Origin: a virus
Virus record (IMG/VR): IMGVR_UViG_3300009365_000061
Reading direction: 5' to 3' (one strand)
DNA: 49,590 nucleotides
Made by a program: the position numbers and the translations under genes
The notes under the pieces: model-generated
Told to the model about the DNA's origin: nothing
The model's database searches: none
Seen by the model: the letters and a program-made list of their open reading frames with translations, nothing else
Shown: piece after piece, positions 48,175 to 49,590 of the stretch
How positions within the stretch are numbered: position 1 is the stretch's first letter
How the letters are laid out: the number at the start of each line of letters is the position of its first letter

Positions 48175-48912
48175 ATGAGTGCCATCAATGACATACAAGG
48201 ACTTTCGGAGGAGGTGAGGGCCGTCACCGAACCACTCCGAAACCTACTTCTCGGGGAATCCTCCCCACTCGATGAGGACACACGGCACAAGGTCGATGAA
48301 CTGTTCGACGAAATCGAAACCCTCAACGCCAACATCCAGAATGAACTCGACGAGGATTGGGAGGACAGGTGGAACGACACCGAGAATGGCTACTACGGGT
48401 GGATTAACACCGAGGACGAAACCGGGTGGGTCAACATCGAGAACGATGGTGATTACGCCTTCGTCGGGGATGGGTCCGACTACATCTACAATGGGGATGG
48501 TGAGTATAGCTACTGCGGTGATTGTGAGAGGACTGCCGACTCCATGTTCACCGAGGAATGGGGCTACATGAGAACTCAGACCACCCACATTCCCTTCGCG
48601 CCCACCACCGAGGCCACGGACACCGCCATTCGTATCATTCCGATGACCGGGGTTCGTTGGGGGTCGGAGTTGGAACCTCGACCCAACGGCACACCCTGGG
48701 AGAGGAACGGGGATGCCGATGGCCCCGAGGACTACCTCATCGAGGAGCCTATCAACATGAACTACGAGGCCATCGTTGAGATGATGCAAGCATTCGGGTA
48801 TCGCCCGATGACCGAAGCGGAGGCCGAGGCCTACTTCAAGGCCAAGGACAACCCGCAGTTGACAAGTCTAATGGAGGGCCTGATGGCCGTCCGTGACCAG
48901 GAGGTAGCATGA
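48175..48912 (+). CDS. hypothetical acidic protein (245 aa)
   Basis: ATG at 48175 lies 5 nt after GGAGGAA and downstream of the terminator; the track start at 48091 spans that terminator. Asp/Glu/Trp-rich. No family recognised. Confidence 0.7.
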   Translation: MSAINDIQGLSEEVRAVTEPLRNLLLGESSPLDEDTRHKVDELFDEIETLNANIQNELDEDWEDRWNDTENGYYGWINTEDETGWVNIENDGDYAFVGDGSDYIYNGDGEYSYCGDCERTADSMFTEEWGYMRTQTTHIPFAPTTEATDTAIRIIPMTGVRWGSELEPRPNGTPWERNGDADGPEDYLIEEPINMNYEAIVEMMQAFGYRPMTEAEAEAYFKAKDNPQLTSLMEGLMAVRDQEVA

Positions 48913-48913
48913 T

Positions 48914-49561
48914 ATGTGTTTCACCTTGAATGCCCTCGGAGTGAAGTGGCATTTGCCGGACAAGGAGGAGTTCGGCAAGCTGCTCCGGAACCTGAGGGAG
49001 GACCGTGGTCTGTCGGTCAGGGCCATGGCTAATCGGTTCGAATTGCATCCGAGTGCCATGACTCAGACCGAACTCGGACGATACAAGGGCTTGGCCTGGG
49101 ACATCGTCGAGGCCTACGCCGGACTTGGGGCCCTATCCAGGGACTCCCTCCTGGAGGTTATCGAGGCCATTGGCATCGGTTTGCGCCTCCCCAGGGGGAA
49201 GGTGGTGATTCCGCCTCCCATCTACGCCCCGTTCTTCTCGAAGCCTCAGAAGGTGCGGATTCACAAGATGGCATCCGCCCTCAAGGCCCGACTTCCCGAG
49301 GCATATCATCAGGTCGAGGAGGGAGGGAAGTATGTTCCTTCGAAGGTGATGCCGTCGATGCCGGGTCGGAAGAAGCCTCGCCGGAAGGTGTCCAAGCCTC
49401 GGGTGTGGCTGAAGGTCCTCACCGAGACTTCCGGTGGCACCACGGAGGAGGTCGCTACCTTGACCGTCGGTGGTCATGAGTTCGACCTTGATGTTGCCCT
49501 CGGGCGTGAACTGGAATCGGTGGTCCAGAGCTATCTGGGCCGACAGTCGGGATACAAATAG
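48914..49561 (+). CDS. XRE/Cro-C1-type HTH transcriptional regulator
   Basis: FGKLLRNLREDRGLSVRAMANRFELHPSAMTQTELGRY is a classical HTH_XRE segment. The C-terminal 130 aa are unassigned. The 3' end lies in the terminal repeat. Confidence 0.7.
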   Translation: MCFTLNALGVKWHLPDKEEFGKLLRNLREDRGLSVRAMANRFELHPSAMTQTELGRYKGLAWDIVEAYAGLGALSRDSLLEVIEAIGIGLRLPRGKVVIPPPIYAPFFSKPQKVRIHKMASALKARLPEAYHQVEEGGKYVPSKVMPSMPGRKKPRRKVSKPRVWLKVLTETSGGTTEEVATLTVGGHEFDLDVALGRELESVVQSYLGRQSGYK

Positions 49562-49590
49562 ACCGGGGCTTCATGGCTGCCTCCGGGCAC
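49472..49590. repeat. terminal direct repeat, right copy (identical to 1..119)
   Basis: See the left copy. The 119-nt exact overlap gives a 49,471-bp unit. Confidence 0.95.

Noticed and set aside
1-49590. Search for a lysogeny module (integrase, excisionase, transposase), DNA polymerase/primase/helicase, sheath gene, CRISPR array, or toxin-antitoxin pair.
   Set aside because: I found no ORF with motifs for these, for example no tyrosine or serine recombinase signatures and no DDE or polymerase motifs. Absence by eye is weak evidence, and profile searches on the unknown ORFs (especially 46764..47876 and 48175..48912) are needed.

Overview
This window is a complete, circularly closed genome of a GC-rich tailed phage. 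It is siphovirus-type: it has a tape measure and a G/GT chaperone frameshift but no sheath gene. Bases 1-119 are identical to 49472-49590, so the unit is 49,471 bp plus an assembly or terminal overlap.

Layout:
(i) A leftward early operon (334-2265) and small rightward genes (2658-4638). The latter run into a visibly AT-richer accessory stretch with its own sigma70-like promoters, duplicated hairpin terminators and a candidate ncRNA locus (about 4.6-5.3 kb).
(ii) A long rightward operon. It opens with an AT-rich SPPY DNA methyltransferase cassette flanked by 47-bp direct repeats. A 7-deazaguanine pathway follows (QueD, QueE, FolE, a short QueC, a DpdA-like transglycosylase, a ParB-like protein). 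This pathway is interleaved and translationally coupled with four glycosyltransferases, two small membrane proteins and unknown ORFs.
(iii) Packaging and Mu/lambda-mosaic morphogenesis genes: TerS, TerL, a DUF935-like portal with a long C-terminal extension, a cupin, protease/scaffold, gpD-like decoration protein, gpE-like capsid, a fifth glycosyltransferase coupled to a signal-peptide beta-barrel-like protein, connectors, tail tube, G/GT, a 1208-aa tape measure, a 2288-aa tip/fibre protein with a gpL-like Cys motif and about a dozen Ig-like repeats, and an M15 peptidase.
(iv) A rightward regulation/recombination/replication module: RHH protein, Rad52-like annealase, SSB, a PD-(D/E)XK-like protein, a lambda-O-like initiator with internal iteron-like repeats, a RuvC-like resolvase, a LexA-type wHTH and an XRE HTH.

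I recognised no tRNA, CRISPR array, integrase, DNA polymerase or sheath gene.

The most interesting hypothesis is that the glycosyltransferases embedded in the deazaguanine operon build a sugar-bearing 7-deazaguanine DNA hypermodification, which is not a described class. The main alternative is virion or envelope glycosylation.

All family calls come from motif recall on the translated ORFs. No database search or structure prediction was possible.
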